Position numbers and translations under genes: made by a program. Source: Lingula anatina (taxonomy: Eukaryota; Animalia; Brachiopoda). From it: a stretch of DNA of 64,000 bases. The notes under the pieces are model-generated. The model was not told the DNA's origin, did not search any database, and was given only the letters and a program-made list of their open reading frames with translations. Numbering within the stretch: position 1 is the stretch's first letter; each line of letters opens with the position of its first letter. The stretch lies in the NCBI GenBank assembly GCA_051362555.1, contig CM120645.1, positions 6,696,001 through 6,760,000 of the forward strand. Direction: 5' to 3'. This document shows positions 23,437 to 37,978 of this stretch, in pieces.

Positions 23437-26400
23437 GTGCGCGTTTTTTTAAAGTAAAAAGACGCAGAAAATCAAGATATAAAGTTCAATCCTTAGATTC
23501 ATCTCACAGGGGCTACAAGAGGCTGGCATGGTCTCTTGTCTGTCTCCCCCAGGGTTTTCCTGAACGTCAGACGGCTCCTCTTCTTTAAAAGAAACTGCAC
23601 AGGTCCCGTGTGCCATATTTGGACCATTTAGAAATGGTTAACTGTTTGTCTCATAACCCAAATATTCATCCTTGTTATAAATTATTGAGGAATGGGATTG
23701 TAGGGAAAAAGATTAAGCTTAGAAATTATTTATATAAGGATGTTTTAAATTTACATGGAGACAAATGATTAATTATATTGTATTATACATGTATGTGTTG
23801 CACTGCTCATAAGGGGGGAGGGGGAAGGAAGAACCCAATATACATTTTAGTGAATTTTGTTATTGACAAAATTAAATTTTAAACAAAAGTTCTTTAATTG
23901 TTGTTTCTAATGAGAGAGTTTATATTTAACTAATATAACAGTACACTGAGATAAGCTGCAATGTTAGTGTTACACTCTTGGCACATTTTACTTCTGTCTT
24001 CGGTCAACTAAGGCAAAGAAAGAACTCATAAATAATAAAACTTTATATACAAAATGAAAACTATGTCATACCAGTAAAAAAGCAAGACGAATAAGCATCA
24101 TAATAAGAAATTTTAAAAGTTATACGGTATAAAAAGAGAGGTTGAAATCATTTGCAGCTCAAAAGTGTTACACACCTGACATGTTACCTATATTTTTAGC
24201 TTTAATTTTATTTACTATAAGAGATAAATGCATTAATGATTATTTTTGCGATTATGAATTATCAACCAAGAAATGTAAAATTATGTAATAAGTTTGACAT
24301 TCAGGAAAGTTTGTTGTCAAAATTCCTTATCATCTACATAAAATTAGCCATATGTTGAGAATTGGCCCAAACCTTTAGGGTGTGTCTACTGTTTAAACGA
24401 ACTTAATGCAAAAGGCACATGCAAGCCAATTATGACAGTGGGTTAATGGTAGGGTCCGAAACACAGGGTGATCTTGAGTTAAATTGGAAAAGTTAGTAGT
24501 GAACAGCTTCACGAAGCCTCCGAAACTCAGGATGTTTTTGAGAACAGAAAAAAATGAGAAAATCAGCTCGAAGTTTTTTATTTGGTTGACCACGTTTCAC
24601 GAATTTGGCCACATCATCATTAAGGTTTAGATCTTCTTAGTCAACACAAATGAATAATACTGCATGCACAACTTTCGGAACACGCCCGCCATGTTTTTTC
24701 TCAAAGCTCAGACTGAAGTTTTGGATATCATAAGCTTACTCCATACAGGTGGGCTATGCAAGTGTATCGCTGTATCCCACAAAATAAATGATAATCGTTA
24801 CCGGTAAAGCACCGAGTCAGAGAGCGCTTACTTTCCCACCACAGATTAGGCTCCAACCCCGCAGATCATTCCAGGGGTGATCCCTTTCCCCCCAAGGTCA
24901 ATGCTCATTTCACAGCTTATTATATCCAGTATGACAATTTGGTGTATCGCAGTTCACTTGCCAATACCTGTAACCTCTTTACCTTTCACGTCCCACGTAT
25001 CGACTTAAAGGAAATTTGGCATGGCATTAATTAGGTCGGGTTGTTGCTGTTTTCAGTGCCTTCAAAGCGTTCACCCCAGGTAGGAACCGCGTGGGAACGA
25101 TCGCCGGCCATGTTAGAGGACGTAAGTCCCACCAATACGACTGCATTGACACTTAAATGACCGGAGCTTTACTGGCATGTCTGTGGATCTCTTGGTCATT
25201 GTTTAACGGGTGATCGGAGTGTCCGCCCGCTGATTTAACGGCCAAGTGAATGGTCATCTTGGGAGGGTCCTAATACACGTGACAGTTTGACCACCAGTTG
25301 ATCGCCGCTGGCGACCAAAGGAGTATTTAACTCACTATTTAATCTCATTGGAAACACAAATCTTCCACTTAAACCATTCTATTGGTGAGTGTAATACGAA
25401 TGCCATGCCCCTATTATATCCATTGCGGTTGTACAACTTCATGTTAGCGACCAACGCTCACAATGCATGCTATACCAAATTAATCTTTTCTGACACGGAC
25501 TTGACTGAGGGTATTGGGGCGAGTGTGGTCTTTAGGGGGGATTAAGCCAAATCTTGAAAACAATTCTATTTACTTTAACATATTTACCGTAAACAATATA
25601 TTACATCGGATTTTATCTGTCTCTTAATTATTAACTCAGTGATTTTTTTTGGATGGGCTTGCCTGTGGGAGACGAAAATAAGCAAAGGAAAGAAAGAAAG
25701 ATGAATGAAAAGAGAAGGTTAAGAAGAGAAAAGAAAAGAGGAGGAAACCACAGTAAAAAGATCAGATCAATGACTTCTCTGGCATATCAAACCCATGCAT
25801 TCATTTCAGTGGCGTGCAAGTCACTCTAGTATACGTGTATTAGAAGACAAAACTCTCTCCACACAGTGTATTTGCTTGTTTCCTAGGCACGTTTTCGGTT
25901 TTGGTGATTGGTAATTTCGACAGGTATTATACATGTCATTTGAACAATAAATTGGTCCTAGAACGGCGGCAACGCGGTGCCAATGAATTTATTGCTTTCC
26001 ACACTGGAAAACAATAACCAAGTGATTTATCGAGGCTATCATTGTGATGAAGTGTTTATTATTCGGATATGACCTGTGGACAAACCTTAATATGCAACAG
26101 TTATTTTATTAGCAAGCGCTGCCGTTAGCGGTTATGTTAATGCTTACGTTGAGATTACCTTCTTATTGCGTTTCCGCGGTGTGATATAATTAGTAATTTT
26201 TGATTGCATTGTTGGGATATATATGTCGCGATTAAATGGTCACCGAGGCAATTTGCTTAATTGCTACAACATGATTAAAGTACCAACAAACACTTCGAAT
26301 ATGTGTGCTTCAAACTATCGAAAATGTTGTACATGTAGCTGCTGGAAATATAGTAAATTGATTTCATCTTTCTGTCTTTGTGTTTGTTTGTTTGTTTGCT

Positions 26401-28917
26401 TTTCCTGTGCTAGTACTGTTTGCACACAGCCGTAACTCCTCGCCATTTTCCCACCTCTTCTCAAGCACTCGACGAACTTACCCGTGGTGGAAAGGTGCTT
26501 ACAAATACCGATGAAATTGTCAACTCAGTTGCCGGGTGTGTGGCCCCCAACCCACCTGTAGAAAATCCACCTGTGACAGTAGGGAAAACCGTCAGATCAC
26601 TGAGATACGTGGACGCTCCACCGAGTCAAATTTGCATTGATGATGGCCCGCATTTGAAAAGCACATCTTTTGCCTCACGGCGGGACCACGTTTTAATTGG
26701 GATGTCACACCGAGCGAAATTGAAAGTGACACAAAGAAAAAAGAACAGTTCGGCATCGGCTATTCATCGGGCAGATTCGGCTGTTTGTGGGACAATTTCC
26801 CCGTAACCCGATCCCCGAAACCAATTGCTTCGATTTCACAGCAGATCGTGCCTGTGACAATGGCGAGCGTTCATCGTTGAAATACGGCGCCGTGGGGGCG
26901 CTTTAGCAAGACAGATCCGTTATGCCTTCAAGGCTGTCACTTCCACTTTGGGCTTGTTATTAAGTCCTCGCTTGCTTAAAAAAATATGCAGGTTCTTTGG
27001 CAGAGTGGTTAATGTATATCGATGATTGAGTAGTGCTATACTGGAGCAGGGGTTGATTAAATTCGATCAAGTCGAGGGTCCACCAAAAAGCGTCTTCATT
27101 CGGATTGAAAATAGAGAGTGGATATTTATATAGGTTTGAAGACGTGCCATCGTCAGCCGTGCCCAGGTTGCAATTTTTTTTACCTATGAAGCTGTAAATA
27201 GAGATAGAGCTCTACACATTATAATGTATTTTATTGTGTAATTTGATTCGGCTTATAAAACACAGGTAAGGATTTTTATTGAAATATTTGTAAGTATGAA
27301 ATGCATTTACTTGCTAAAAAAATCCAAATAAAAAACACACAAAATGACTGATAAAGACAAAGCTGAAAAGAGAGAGAAAAGAGAGTTAATGAAGTTTCAT
27401 TTGTCAAAAGCTACAGAAAAATTAACTGATATTTAGCAGACAGTCAGGCTTTATCAGAAAGAAAAGAGAAAATAACATCGGTGAGAAAACGCCTTAGGAT
27501 AAAGAGACTGAGGATGCGAAAGTGACGGTTCGGCCTCGTGCTACAATGATTCTCTTAAATATTTGATGAGGTTTCCAATAAATATATCAGGTAGGCGCCG
27601 CCTCGCGACAGGCGCAAATGGGCGATTAACACCGAGAAAAATAATTTCATATACTTTTAATCATGCCCGGTCTGTAAACGGAGTGCCTATTCAGAAACTC
27701 ATCGATGGGCGAACTAATAACCATCACACAGGTAATCATCTGACTCTCAGAAACGCAACAATGGTTAGTTTCGCGAGCTCAAGCTCTGCCAAGGAGATGG
27801 TTATCTTTTAGCGAGATCTTTTTGTCATGTCGTTTTGCTTTTGCTTCTCTGAATTGTCTTATCATTGAAATAACTGTTATTTGACCTAAAACCAATTGGT
27901 TTACCGGTAGATGAGTTGTACCAATGATTCAGAAGGGGGTTGGCGGGGAAGAAAAAAAAAAAGGTATATGTATGAATTACAGTTCATGGGCATGCAATAA
28001 GTAAAGGAAAGCCTAAGTATCTTTAAATCGAGAATCTATCTTCAGGCCATTAAGGTCTTAAAATATACACATTTTTACTGGGTATTTTACTTTTTAAATC
28101 TCTACTTAAGTTTTATCTTTCCACCTCAACTTGCCCACAAATCATTTGAAAATCATTTAACGAGATGTTATATTTGTTCGTCCTGCCCATGACCTTTAAA
28201 AAAATCTAATGTTATTTTTTAAAAAATCAATCTGAACGCCTCCCCCCCCCTTCCTTAAAGAGCCCTCCACAAATCAGCGAACGACTGCCACGCGGCTTGC
28301 TATGCCAATATGTTACAAAGCAAATGGCGGGGAAACACTACATTGATTGGAGTTGGCTTATCGCGTGATGACTATTTTTCATCGCACTTTATTTAGTCTC
28401 GCCTGCAAAAGGAACACATCAAACGTGAAAGGCACACCAAAGCGGTCTCTGCGACAGATTAGATATACCGATTTCTCTTGAATTATCGACTTATACCATG
28501 GCTTACTTGTCAGGATGTACTTTAGTTTATTTCACTCCGTTGTCTTTTTTAGACTCCGTATTTTTGATGATGGGTAGACACCCCGACAAGTCACAAGTTG
28601 AGGGTAAAAACAAGAAAAAAGGAAACGTTTGTCTATTTTCTTTATTTTAAATGAAGAACATTTGAAGCAGCCCGACTGCAGAGTGAGCACACCATGCATT
28701 CTTTTCGTTATTTTTCTAATAAACTATACCAGTAGGCCTACATATACAGCAGGCCAATAAAGAAAATCACAAGCGCCACATACGTATGATCGTTTTGTCG
28801 TTCGGAATTTCAGATAATTCATTTTGAAATACTTCAGCGGTGCTTATATGGAGTCCAATATCTTTCTTTTTGCTCTTTGCTCACTTGTGTCTCGTTAACA
28901 GTCCAAATCTATATCCT

Positions 28918-28919
<2 letters not shown>

Positions 28920-28956
<37 letters not shown>
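28920..28956. repeat. poly(A) tract
   Basis: 37 consecutive A. Confidence 0.95.
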
Positions 28957-28960
<4 letters not shown>

Positions 28961-30552
28961 TCATCACAAACTTCTAAACTTCTATCTTCCGTGTTTGAGG
29001 TATTTTTGCTTTGAAGATATTTTGCATATATTGTTTCCTTTTCTATCCATATATATATATATATATATGAATCACGTTTCTTGGTAACGTGTCCAACGTG
29101 TTAGCATTCCGTGTTGAATAAAAAAACCCTTATCTTGGTGGAAATTCTTCTTGAAATGGCTATGGTTCTAATTCATCGTTTTTGCATGGTTGGCTTTCCG
29201 TTTTCAGCTACGTAATATCTTACGTCTAAGAGACATTTTAGTTTTTTCTGGTATTAAAAAAATATTTGCTTTTGGCTTTTTAAATCAGAGTCGAAATGGC
29301 ATCTAGATTAAATTGTTAAAATGAAACAGGGAAATGTGATCGTTTTGTATTCCACTGGTTAAAAGTCAATTCCACTTTACTCAATTTACCCACAAGGTTT
29401 GTAATTTAGTAGAAAAAATAGGCCTGACATTTTGCCGGATTTGTTAGAAGAATGACTATGTGGTTCTTCTCAGAGATAGTTCACTCACGGGTTCAGTTCT
29501 ATGAACTTACAACGCGATGCCATCTTTTTTGGAATCACACGAACATAAACGCAAACAAACAAACAAGGAAACAAACAAACAAACAAACAAACAAACAAAC
29601 GCAGATTCAAACAATTTCTATATCTATAAAGTCGGAATTTCTTTAAAATCAATAAAAATATGAATATAAGAAACATACATGTGCCTTAAAACAAGCATGT
29701 CTTCCACGGTGGTGACATCTTCACTCACCTGGCATGTACGAAACTTGCTCTTTGCCTTTACCCATCTTGTGTTTATCCACAGTGAATATATATCATAAAT
29801 ATATAGAATTAAGTTTGCCTTGATTCATAAAATGGCAATTATTTAGGGATTTATTCATTTGTATATTTCCTTTTATTACAATGACACTGGCTCATTAGCC
29901 GTTTTGAAAGGGGTATATCTATCGACCCATGGTTGATCAAACTGATTTTCACCCATCATCTGCAAGACAAGCGAACCAATAATTTCTTTCAATGTTCTCC
30001 GAGAAAAGAAATCTGGATTGCAAATCGTGAACCTTTTGTCTAAATGATGACGTCAACCAAAGAAACATCATCTACACAGAGGCAGTTGTGTTAGAGATCA
30101 ATTATAACGCTCATATCTCGTTACCCTTTCGTGCTGCAGAAAAGTCATGCCCGTCTCATTCTCTTATTCAAATATCTTGTTCTCACTTCGAAAATGAATA
30201 GCCGCGTTTGGCGCAATATCTTCATCATATTTATCAGTAAACGTTTATCAAGTGACGGGCGTGTCGTGATCATCTCATTTCTCAAAGAGGACCCACTCGC
30301 CAGCAGCGAAATATGCTCCTGGAAAGAACAGTGTGAACGAAGGTAATAACCAATTGTCATCTGGCTAACTGGCTTGAACAGATTGAACAATTCTAACAGC
30401 ATCTGTATTTCGCTTATCGTAATCAAAATAGCTCGAACAACAATAAAGACTTCATTAAGGTGTTCTTAGCAAGTTGGGCAATATGTATTTTGATTAAATA
30501 AGGGTAGATAACCCTAGATTGTCTGCCCGACTTTACCTGATCTGCTTGATAA

Positions 30553-30594
<42 letters not shown>

Positions 30595-31639
30595 TAACAC
30601 ACGCACTAACACACACACATACAAATTAACACACACACGCACGCACACTTCATATTAGTAATCTAAACGCCATGCCACAGGTACGCATATCACTTGAGAT
30701 CTCAGGTGGGCAGTTACAGCAGAATAATGTGACATTTCAGCTTGTTGCTGTGCAGTTAACAACGGAAACAACAACAATAAAACATAAAAATAGGAATTGC
30801 AGCGATATCTGATATACCTTTATGCTCTAATCGGCTAGAAATTCGAAATGGCAATAATTTGAAGTGTATGTAGAATCACTATGGCGTTTGGTCTGTCTGT
30901 TTATGACAGAAAAAGTGCCTTGAATCAAATACACCCAGAAACAAACAAATGTTATGATCTTTGAACTATAATAGGTGACTCAGTAAACCAGTCAGAGTGA
31001 GCTGCATGGTTTACATTCTCACTATACTATATCTATATTAATAAATACATTTTAATAAATTAGTTCAAATGTTACAACTAGAAGAAGGTCTTTTAATTTT
31101 GCAGGAGCCTTTTGAAAAATTGAAGAAGAACAGTCGGTCTTAGACACCCAACTAATTTCCATTAATTCTCACACTTTCGACCGTCGGCACGGCTGACCAT
31201 TAAGAAGCAATGGTCAACTGTCAGGAAAGGGACACACACCCAAGGTGTCAGTTATTTCTCTAACACACAAGGTGTCATTTATTTCTCTAAAGGGCATTAA
31301 CAGCAATGGCGAGAAAACTCTCGCGCGAACAATTCAAACAGCTGCAGTTTTTCACGATTTTCAAACGCAGGAGGCATGATACAAGATCGTTAACACGCAC
31401 ACACTGTGACCAAGTGAAATACATACTTTTGTTGTTATCTCCTTGCTAAAAGGGATGTGTGCGAGCACTTGAGCTCGAGTGATTTGGGACCCAACAGCGG
31501 GTCATGTGAAGTTAAGGGGATCATAGCATCTTCACGTTGCGTAAGGCCCAACACGCAGGTGCAACAACGCCATGGAAGATACCCACTTACGGGGAAATCG
31601 AAAAGATAATTAGATGTCCAGAGATAACGAGCATATTTT

Positions 31640-31678
<39 letters not shown>

Positions 31679-34600
31679 CGAGTAAAAGGGAAAGAAAGGA
31701 AAAAAAGAGAAGAAAATAGAAAAAGGATGATAAAAAGAGATATTATATCGAAATCAGTTAGGTTATTTGCTTTGGCATTTTAACAACAAAGCTCCACAGC
31801 TGAGAAAAAAAAAAAAAACTGCGCGCTTGGTCCAAAAAATGACAAATGCTTTTTCTGTATAGCATATACGTACATTTTTTATCAGGGTCATGTAATTAAA
31901 TTCAGCTCAAGCTAAGCCTGTTTCTGTCTTTTATCATTAAACAAGAGGAAAAATCATGTGACATGGTGTATTCTATAACACACCTATGCGGCAAACCCAT
32001 CGGCCAGTTTAGGCTATCATATACGGTAATCCAAGTATATCATCTTTAATGTATGGTGTTAAGAAGATGATTACATCTCAACATCATGTACAAGTTTTGT
32101 GTAAAGTCCAGTACGCTTCTTCTACTAACATATGGGTGTGCAATTTTTAACTTCACTTTATTTGGTTATTCTATCGTTAATCTAATTTTTGGGAGCTAAG
32201 AGAGTAAAATAAGTATGAAAGAAAATGCTGATACGATATTTCTGTTTTTGAAGACACCTCTTCTTATGTATTTTTCAATTTAATACTCAGACATATTATC
32301 ATGTCAAATTGGCATCTCATCAGCTTTATAAAGTGCAGTTAACTTAGAATAGTGCAACATGTACATAATAGTGATATAAATAGTAGGTTACCAAGAGAAA
32401 AACAAGGAAGACATCGACAGTTTTCAATTAACACCGCCTGTACCAGTACAAAGCTACTTAGTACAGAGATACTAAGACGCAAGATCTACTAGACTTAAAC
32501 TGGTGAAATCTGGATGACGACAGAGTTAATTAACGAGTAATACAGCGTTCTACCCCCAGTGAGTACTTCTCAATGGTCCAGCGTTATACCATAGTTATTA
32601 TCAAGTTCCTCTTGCTGATAATAGTCCTAAATCTGTTTTTTTTTTTAAATTCTAAATAAACTTGTTTTGAACTTTTGCTGGTGTCATTTGTTGAAAAATA
32701 GGAAATATCTTCAAATTGTAGGATAGAGCATAAATAGTTTATTCTAAATTCTCATTCAGACCAATGTCCTTTGTTTTACATTGTATCAATTCTTACCGCC
32801 AAAAATTTATCCCATTTAAAGGCTTTGTTTTTCAATATCAGTGACAACCTTTGTCGATCTTCAGTGAACTGTTTATTTATTCATTTTTTTTTACTTTTAC
32901 AGAAAGCGGAACAAAGTCACATTGAATAAAGAGTTTGTCTTGGTGCTAGTGCTTGTGTCATTAAGCGTCACAATCTCAATGTATATATGTTTTATTTTCT
33001 TAAGACTAACGGAAGTAATCTAATTCAACCAATTATATTAAAATACCAAAAGGAAGGATTAATTTTCATTCAAACAAGGACATGAATTTTTCATAACTCT
33101 TGTTAGTATTTTTGAAAAGAATACAACATTGCGTGGGTATAAAGACCTCCATTGATTCTTGTTGTTTCGGACGGAGAATTGTCAGAGCTTTTTGTGCCAG
33201 TTTCTGCTAAGAAAGCAGTACGCCTTAATGAAAAGTAATAAGCAAATATTTTTCACGGTTCTTTGAGAATGGCGATACAAAGAGCGCTCGAAACTCAATA
33301 TCTAAGCAAACTCGCCTGTCATTAATAGCTATCTAAGCTTACTCGTGCTTACTCGAGCGAGCGTCGAAGTGGAAGTGCATTTCACAGAAAATAGAGTTCC
33401 ATCTGGGTCAGAAAAAAGGAAATCAAAAAGAATCAGAAATGGGGCGCACACATCTTGGGACGTTGTCCCGAGTGCGTCTCAATTAATTACGTCCAGGAGG
33501 GTTTTAATTACGCTTTGTGCGCGTGCCGGTGTTGTACTTGGATGATTCGCGACGGAAACAAAAGGAGGGGTGTTGAATAGGGCGGCACTAATAGAACGTA
33601 ATGAGCTGGTAATGAGACACGGTCTACGCGTTCAGCCAATTTGAAGAAAGGCTATCTATGTAGGCTATCACTGATTTAATTTCCTCTCCAGTTTATAAAT
33701 GCTCATTGTATTTACAAAAAGTGAATTCATTGTGGCATTATATTATTTTTTAAACAAAAGCGGTTTTAGGCAATCAATAAACCCAGAATGCTGTAGTTTT
33801 TAAGAAGCACAGAAAAACATAATTTTTAGTTGAGGATAAAACCCTCTGTTTTCTTTTTTTTCCCCTTTTTATCGTGAGCGCAGTTTGCAGGATCACCGCA
33901 TCAAGTTTACGACAGTTTATGCCCTGCGCCGTGCACGTTATCAACTTAACAACTTTTCAGACTTTGCACACAGAAGAGCACCGCCCGTCGCGAGATCAAG
34001 TTTCTTGAACAGCAATTATGGCAAGCCTATCATTTTCCGTCAATTTTCACATAGCTAATGTGCTTGACATCCAACACTGAAGGGAAAAAAGATTACAATA
34101 AAAGGCATTCAGCTGTGCTTCTGCCCCCAGGTTCACTATATACCTAACACGGCCGTCCTATGAAATCAGTTATTCGGAAAATCCTACTTAAAGACATTTG
34201 TTGAGAAACGACAAAATTGGTGTCCCATAAAGACACAAGATAAACGCACCCGTACTTTTCTGTGGAGGTCCGCAACAAGGGGTGTATACGAACGCGCAAC
34301 TTTATTCAATTGATGCCATAAAAGATGTCGTAGGTTAGCAGCGTCACTTTATGTTAAGGAAAAAGGGGCGGGTAACGCACCGTGTATTCTCGTTGGTAAG
34401 ATCCTATTTCATCTCTCGTTAAACTCACACTGGCTGTGCAGTCATTTGTTGGTGGACAATGCACTTTCGCACCAACTTGATTTTTTACTGATTTTAAAAA
34501 TTGACGTCCCGCCGTGGCATTTAAAGAGTCTTACCCCGTTCGCAATCCCGTGTTTTATTAATAGGTCCCGGTGTTGGGACGCCGTGGAGAGGAGTGTATT

Positions 34601-35424
34601 CAGGTCGCAAAGTACGCGACAGGGAAAAACAGGGGCGCTTTTATCCCTCTAAAAAGAAGACGTGCTTTGAAAATGGTATTTTTAGGCAAGTTTTTGGTGA
34701 CACTTGCTCAAATTTCAAGTTCGATCGGAGATAATATTTAATCAGTTCCCTAATAAAACTATCCCAGGGACACATTTGGAATGACTTGTAGACGCATGAT
34801 TTAAAACTAAATTAGTAGCACCTTACACCAACATATGGGTTTTTTTTTAGAACTAATAAAAATGAATAAACATTAAAATAAAATAACAAATTGCACTCTA
34901 CAAAAACTCATGTGAAATGCAGTGATAATATTTTACTCCTTCAGCAAACTGTACACCCACAGTGAAAATAAGCGCCGAAAAAAGGAGATTTTGCCTCCTG
35001 GACATGGGATACTGCATACAATGAGCAATAGCCAATAATGAATTAGGTAGAGATGAAACATGCAAATAACAGATGTAAGTTAAACAAACAGTAAACGTTC
35101 ATCTGAGACGAAAACGAAGGTACCAGTAATACTAGATCAACGATGATAAGATGCAACGCGCCTATGAACTTGAAAAATATACCGGGCAGGTAAAAAACCA
35201 AACACTCATACTGGAACTTCGAGGCTGTTACTGTACTGTAAACGCACAATAACTCAGTCTCATAATAATTAGTGTGTTGATCGATTTGGGTTTCATTGCG
35301 GCTAGTGAATAGCCAGCTTTCTCCGTAACGCGCTCTGTAATTGGCTGCCGTTGACAACTCTTGACGTTAGCCCCGCCCCTCAACTGTCAAAGAACGGAAA
35401 CTCAGGTGAGAAGCTTTGACAGCT

Positions 35425-35606
35425 TATAAAAGGCACAGGTAGAAACCGTATTCCATAATCACAAGATTTGTCGTGTCCGGGAAGAAAAAGTGCCGTCTTC
35501 TTCCACGCATTTTAAACGCCGATTTACAGTAATCGGATAATTTGTGGTCGATTTCGTTTTGAATACTGATACAGCACAGATTTTGTAGTAGGAGTTCAAC
35601 TAACAG
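35425..35606 (+). promoter_or_regulatory. Fezf TATA promoter and non-coding exon 1
   Basis: TATAAAA at 35425, GC box ccccgcccc near 35371, donor cag|gtgagt after 35606, then an AT-rich intron to the acceptor ttcctcag| at 36532. Confidence 0.6.
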
Positions 35607-36538
35607 GTGAGTTAAATTCCGTCATTAATAAGGGTTAATAATTTGTTTCTCTTTTGTAGGGTTCTAAAAAGACCTGAATTGTTTAAATACACATAATTTT
35701 TTAAAATTAATTTTAGTCTTTTCTAATGAATTTGTTTCTCAACCAATGATTTTTTTTGTATGTTTTTTGAAAAAGCAGAATTAGAGCGACAGAAGAGGAT
35801 TGGTCTGATGACCGTTAGTTTTTGAACTTAGGATCTGTTAGCCTTTTATAATATATATATACATACATATATGTTGAAATCAAATATTTAAGGATTATCT
35901 TTCGAGTTAAAAAGGACAGGTGAAATATATCGATAAATTTAGGTAGATTTATTAAAATAAAAAATTGAGGAAGTATCGATAGGTTTAAACAGTGGAGGTA
36001 AATGTATCAATAGAAGAATTGTTTATTCTAAATCCAATATTTAAAAAATCTAGTTTATTATCAAAAGACAAAGATTTATTTTAAATCGAGGCAGTTTAGT
36101 TAAACATTTGCACAAAAAAACTTTGTATATTCTTGAAGAAAATTGGACAGATGTTTTTAAAAATTTTGTTGTATTTCATTTGACAAAATGGTATTTTTTC
36201 ATATCTTATTGAAGAAGACAATTTCACGCAACAAAAATAGAAAAAATTTAAAATGAATATATCAATGACAATTTGTCAAGTAAATAAAAGAACAACAACA
36301 ACAAACTGAAACAAAAAAATTAAAGAATGATATTCTTTAACATTTAACATATATTCACACCTTTTCATCAAATTGTGTTTACTTTTAAATAGTATTATTT
36401 CTCACCTAGTATGTTGATTAACTGATAGGACTTAACAGATGCGGGATTGACATTTAAAAGGGATACTTTTCAGGAGAACAATATGAAATGTGTGTATAAC
36501 AACAAAAGTAAAATTAACATTTGTTTCCTCAGGTACTA

Positions 36539-37978
36539 ATGACTTCAGTCATGGTTTCCGGTAACCCAGCAAAGGGGGACTCGCAAGCGGAAAAGCGGAT
36601 CGAGCAGCAGACGACCAAAAGAAAAGCAACGGAAAACACGGGCTCTCGAAATCTGAGTTTCTCCATAGCAAGAATAATGGAAGGTGCTCCCATCAAGTCC
36701 AAACACAGCGATCCCGAGCCTTCCGCGGACAAGAAAGACGGCAACCCAAGTATAACTTCGCGTCACCCACCGCCATTTGGCTATAATGGAGGGACAGCTG
36801 GGCCGTTGAAGGGGTTGTCTATGGCCAGTCTCTGGGGGGCACACCCCGGGGTCTCCCCTTGCCACCCCTGGGCAGCCTACTGGAGACACCACACTAGCAT
36901 GTACGCTAGCATGCATTGGCAGTTACTACATCCTGCTTTTACCCCCACCCACCACAACGCCGAGAACGCGTATCAAGCCACGAAATTTTCCAAGACCGTA
37001 TACCCCTTCTCTCCCAGCGAATCCCCATTTCATTTCACCCCGAAGACGAAAAAGCACAAGCCGTGTGAAATAATCAACAGGCCTTTTGAGCCCAAAGTCA
37101 ATGAGGCTAACGGTAAGACGCAGGCTGATACGGAAAAGAACAGCGGAGGAATACCCGCCTTGGACCCGACAGCGACCAAAACGCCAACGCCGGAAGAGTC
37201 CGTCGCCGGGCACAAACCCACAAAACCGCAGTCTATTACACTGGACAGCGAAGGGGCTGCGAACAACAAACCTGGTCTCCCCACCGTCACCACGACCGCG
37301 GTGCCCGGTGTTAAGTCCGGCAAAACTTTTACCTGTCCGGAGTGCGGGAAGGTTTTCAACGCCCACTACAATTTAACGCGCCACATGCCCGTCCATACAG
37401 GGGCGCGCCCCTTCGTCTGTAAGATCTGCGGGAAGGGGTTCCGCCAAGCAAGTACCCTGTGTCGACACAAGATTATTCACACGACGGACAAACCCCACAA
37501 GTGTCAGTCTTGCGGTAAGGCCTTCAATCGGAGTTCGACTCTAAACACCCACATGCGCATACACACGGGCTACAAGCCATTTATGTGTGAAGTTTGCGGG
37601 AAGGGGTTCCATCAGAAAGGGAACTACAAAAACCACCGTTTAACGCACAGCGCGGAGAAACAGTACAAGTGTACGGTGTGTAATAAAGCATTTCACCAGA
37701 TTTACAATCTGACTTTCCACATGCATACGCATAATGATAAAAAGCCTTTCACGTGTCAGCTTTGCGGGAAAGGGTTTTGTAGGAACTTTGACTTGAAGAA
37801 ACACATGAGGAAACTGCACGATCGAGAGTGCCCCGCCCCGGCTCTTGCTTCAACCGCTCCAAGTTTTACATGCAGCCAAAACGGGACCGATCCGATAGAC
37901 AGCTATGCTTCGGCTACGTACGCAGCAATGTTTCAATTTCAGACTTTATTTAGTCGCAAATATCAAAACAGACTCTAG
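36539..37978 (+). CDS. fezf: Fez family zinc finger protein (Fezf/earmuff orthologue)
   Basis: eh1 motif LSFSIARIM and six C2H2 fingers beginning [51 protein letters not shown] and ending [19 protein letters not shown], diagnostic of Fezf. The first ATG after the acceptor is at 36539. Confidence 0.97.
   Translation: MTSVMVSGNPAKGDSQAEKRIEQQTTKRKATENTGSRNLSFSIARIMEGAPIKSKHSDPEPSADKKDGNPSITSRHPPPFGYNGGTAGPLKGLSMASLWGAHPGVSPCHPWAAYWRHHTSMYASMHWQLLHPAFTPTHHNAENAYQATKFSKTVYPFSPSESPFHFTPKTKKHKPCEIINRPFEPKVNEANGKTQADTEKNSGGIPALDPTATKTPTPEESVAGHKPTKPQSITLDSEGAANNKPGLPTVTTTAVPGVKSGKTFTCPECGKVFNAHYNLTRHMPVHTGARPFVCKICGKGFRQASTLCRHKIIHTTDKPHKCQSCGKAFNRSSTLNTHMRIHTGYKPFMCEVCGKGFHQKGNYKNHRLTHSAEKQYKCTVCNKAFHQIYNLTFHMHTHNDKKPFTCQLCGKGFCRNFDLKKHMRKLHDRECPAPALASTAPSFTCSQNGTDPIDSYASATYAAMFQFQTLFSRKYQNRL

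Noticed and set aside
36521-36538. ORF-track start of Fezf at TTG 36521
   Set aside because: It lies in the polypyrimidine tract/acceptor. The same applies to the ORF starts at 16616, 50698, 57472 and 62349, which are intron read-through.
36529-37376. Antisense and alternative-frame ORFs over Fezf
   Set aside because: Shadow ORFs of a GC-rich coding exon.
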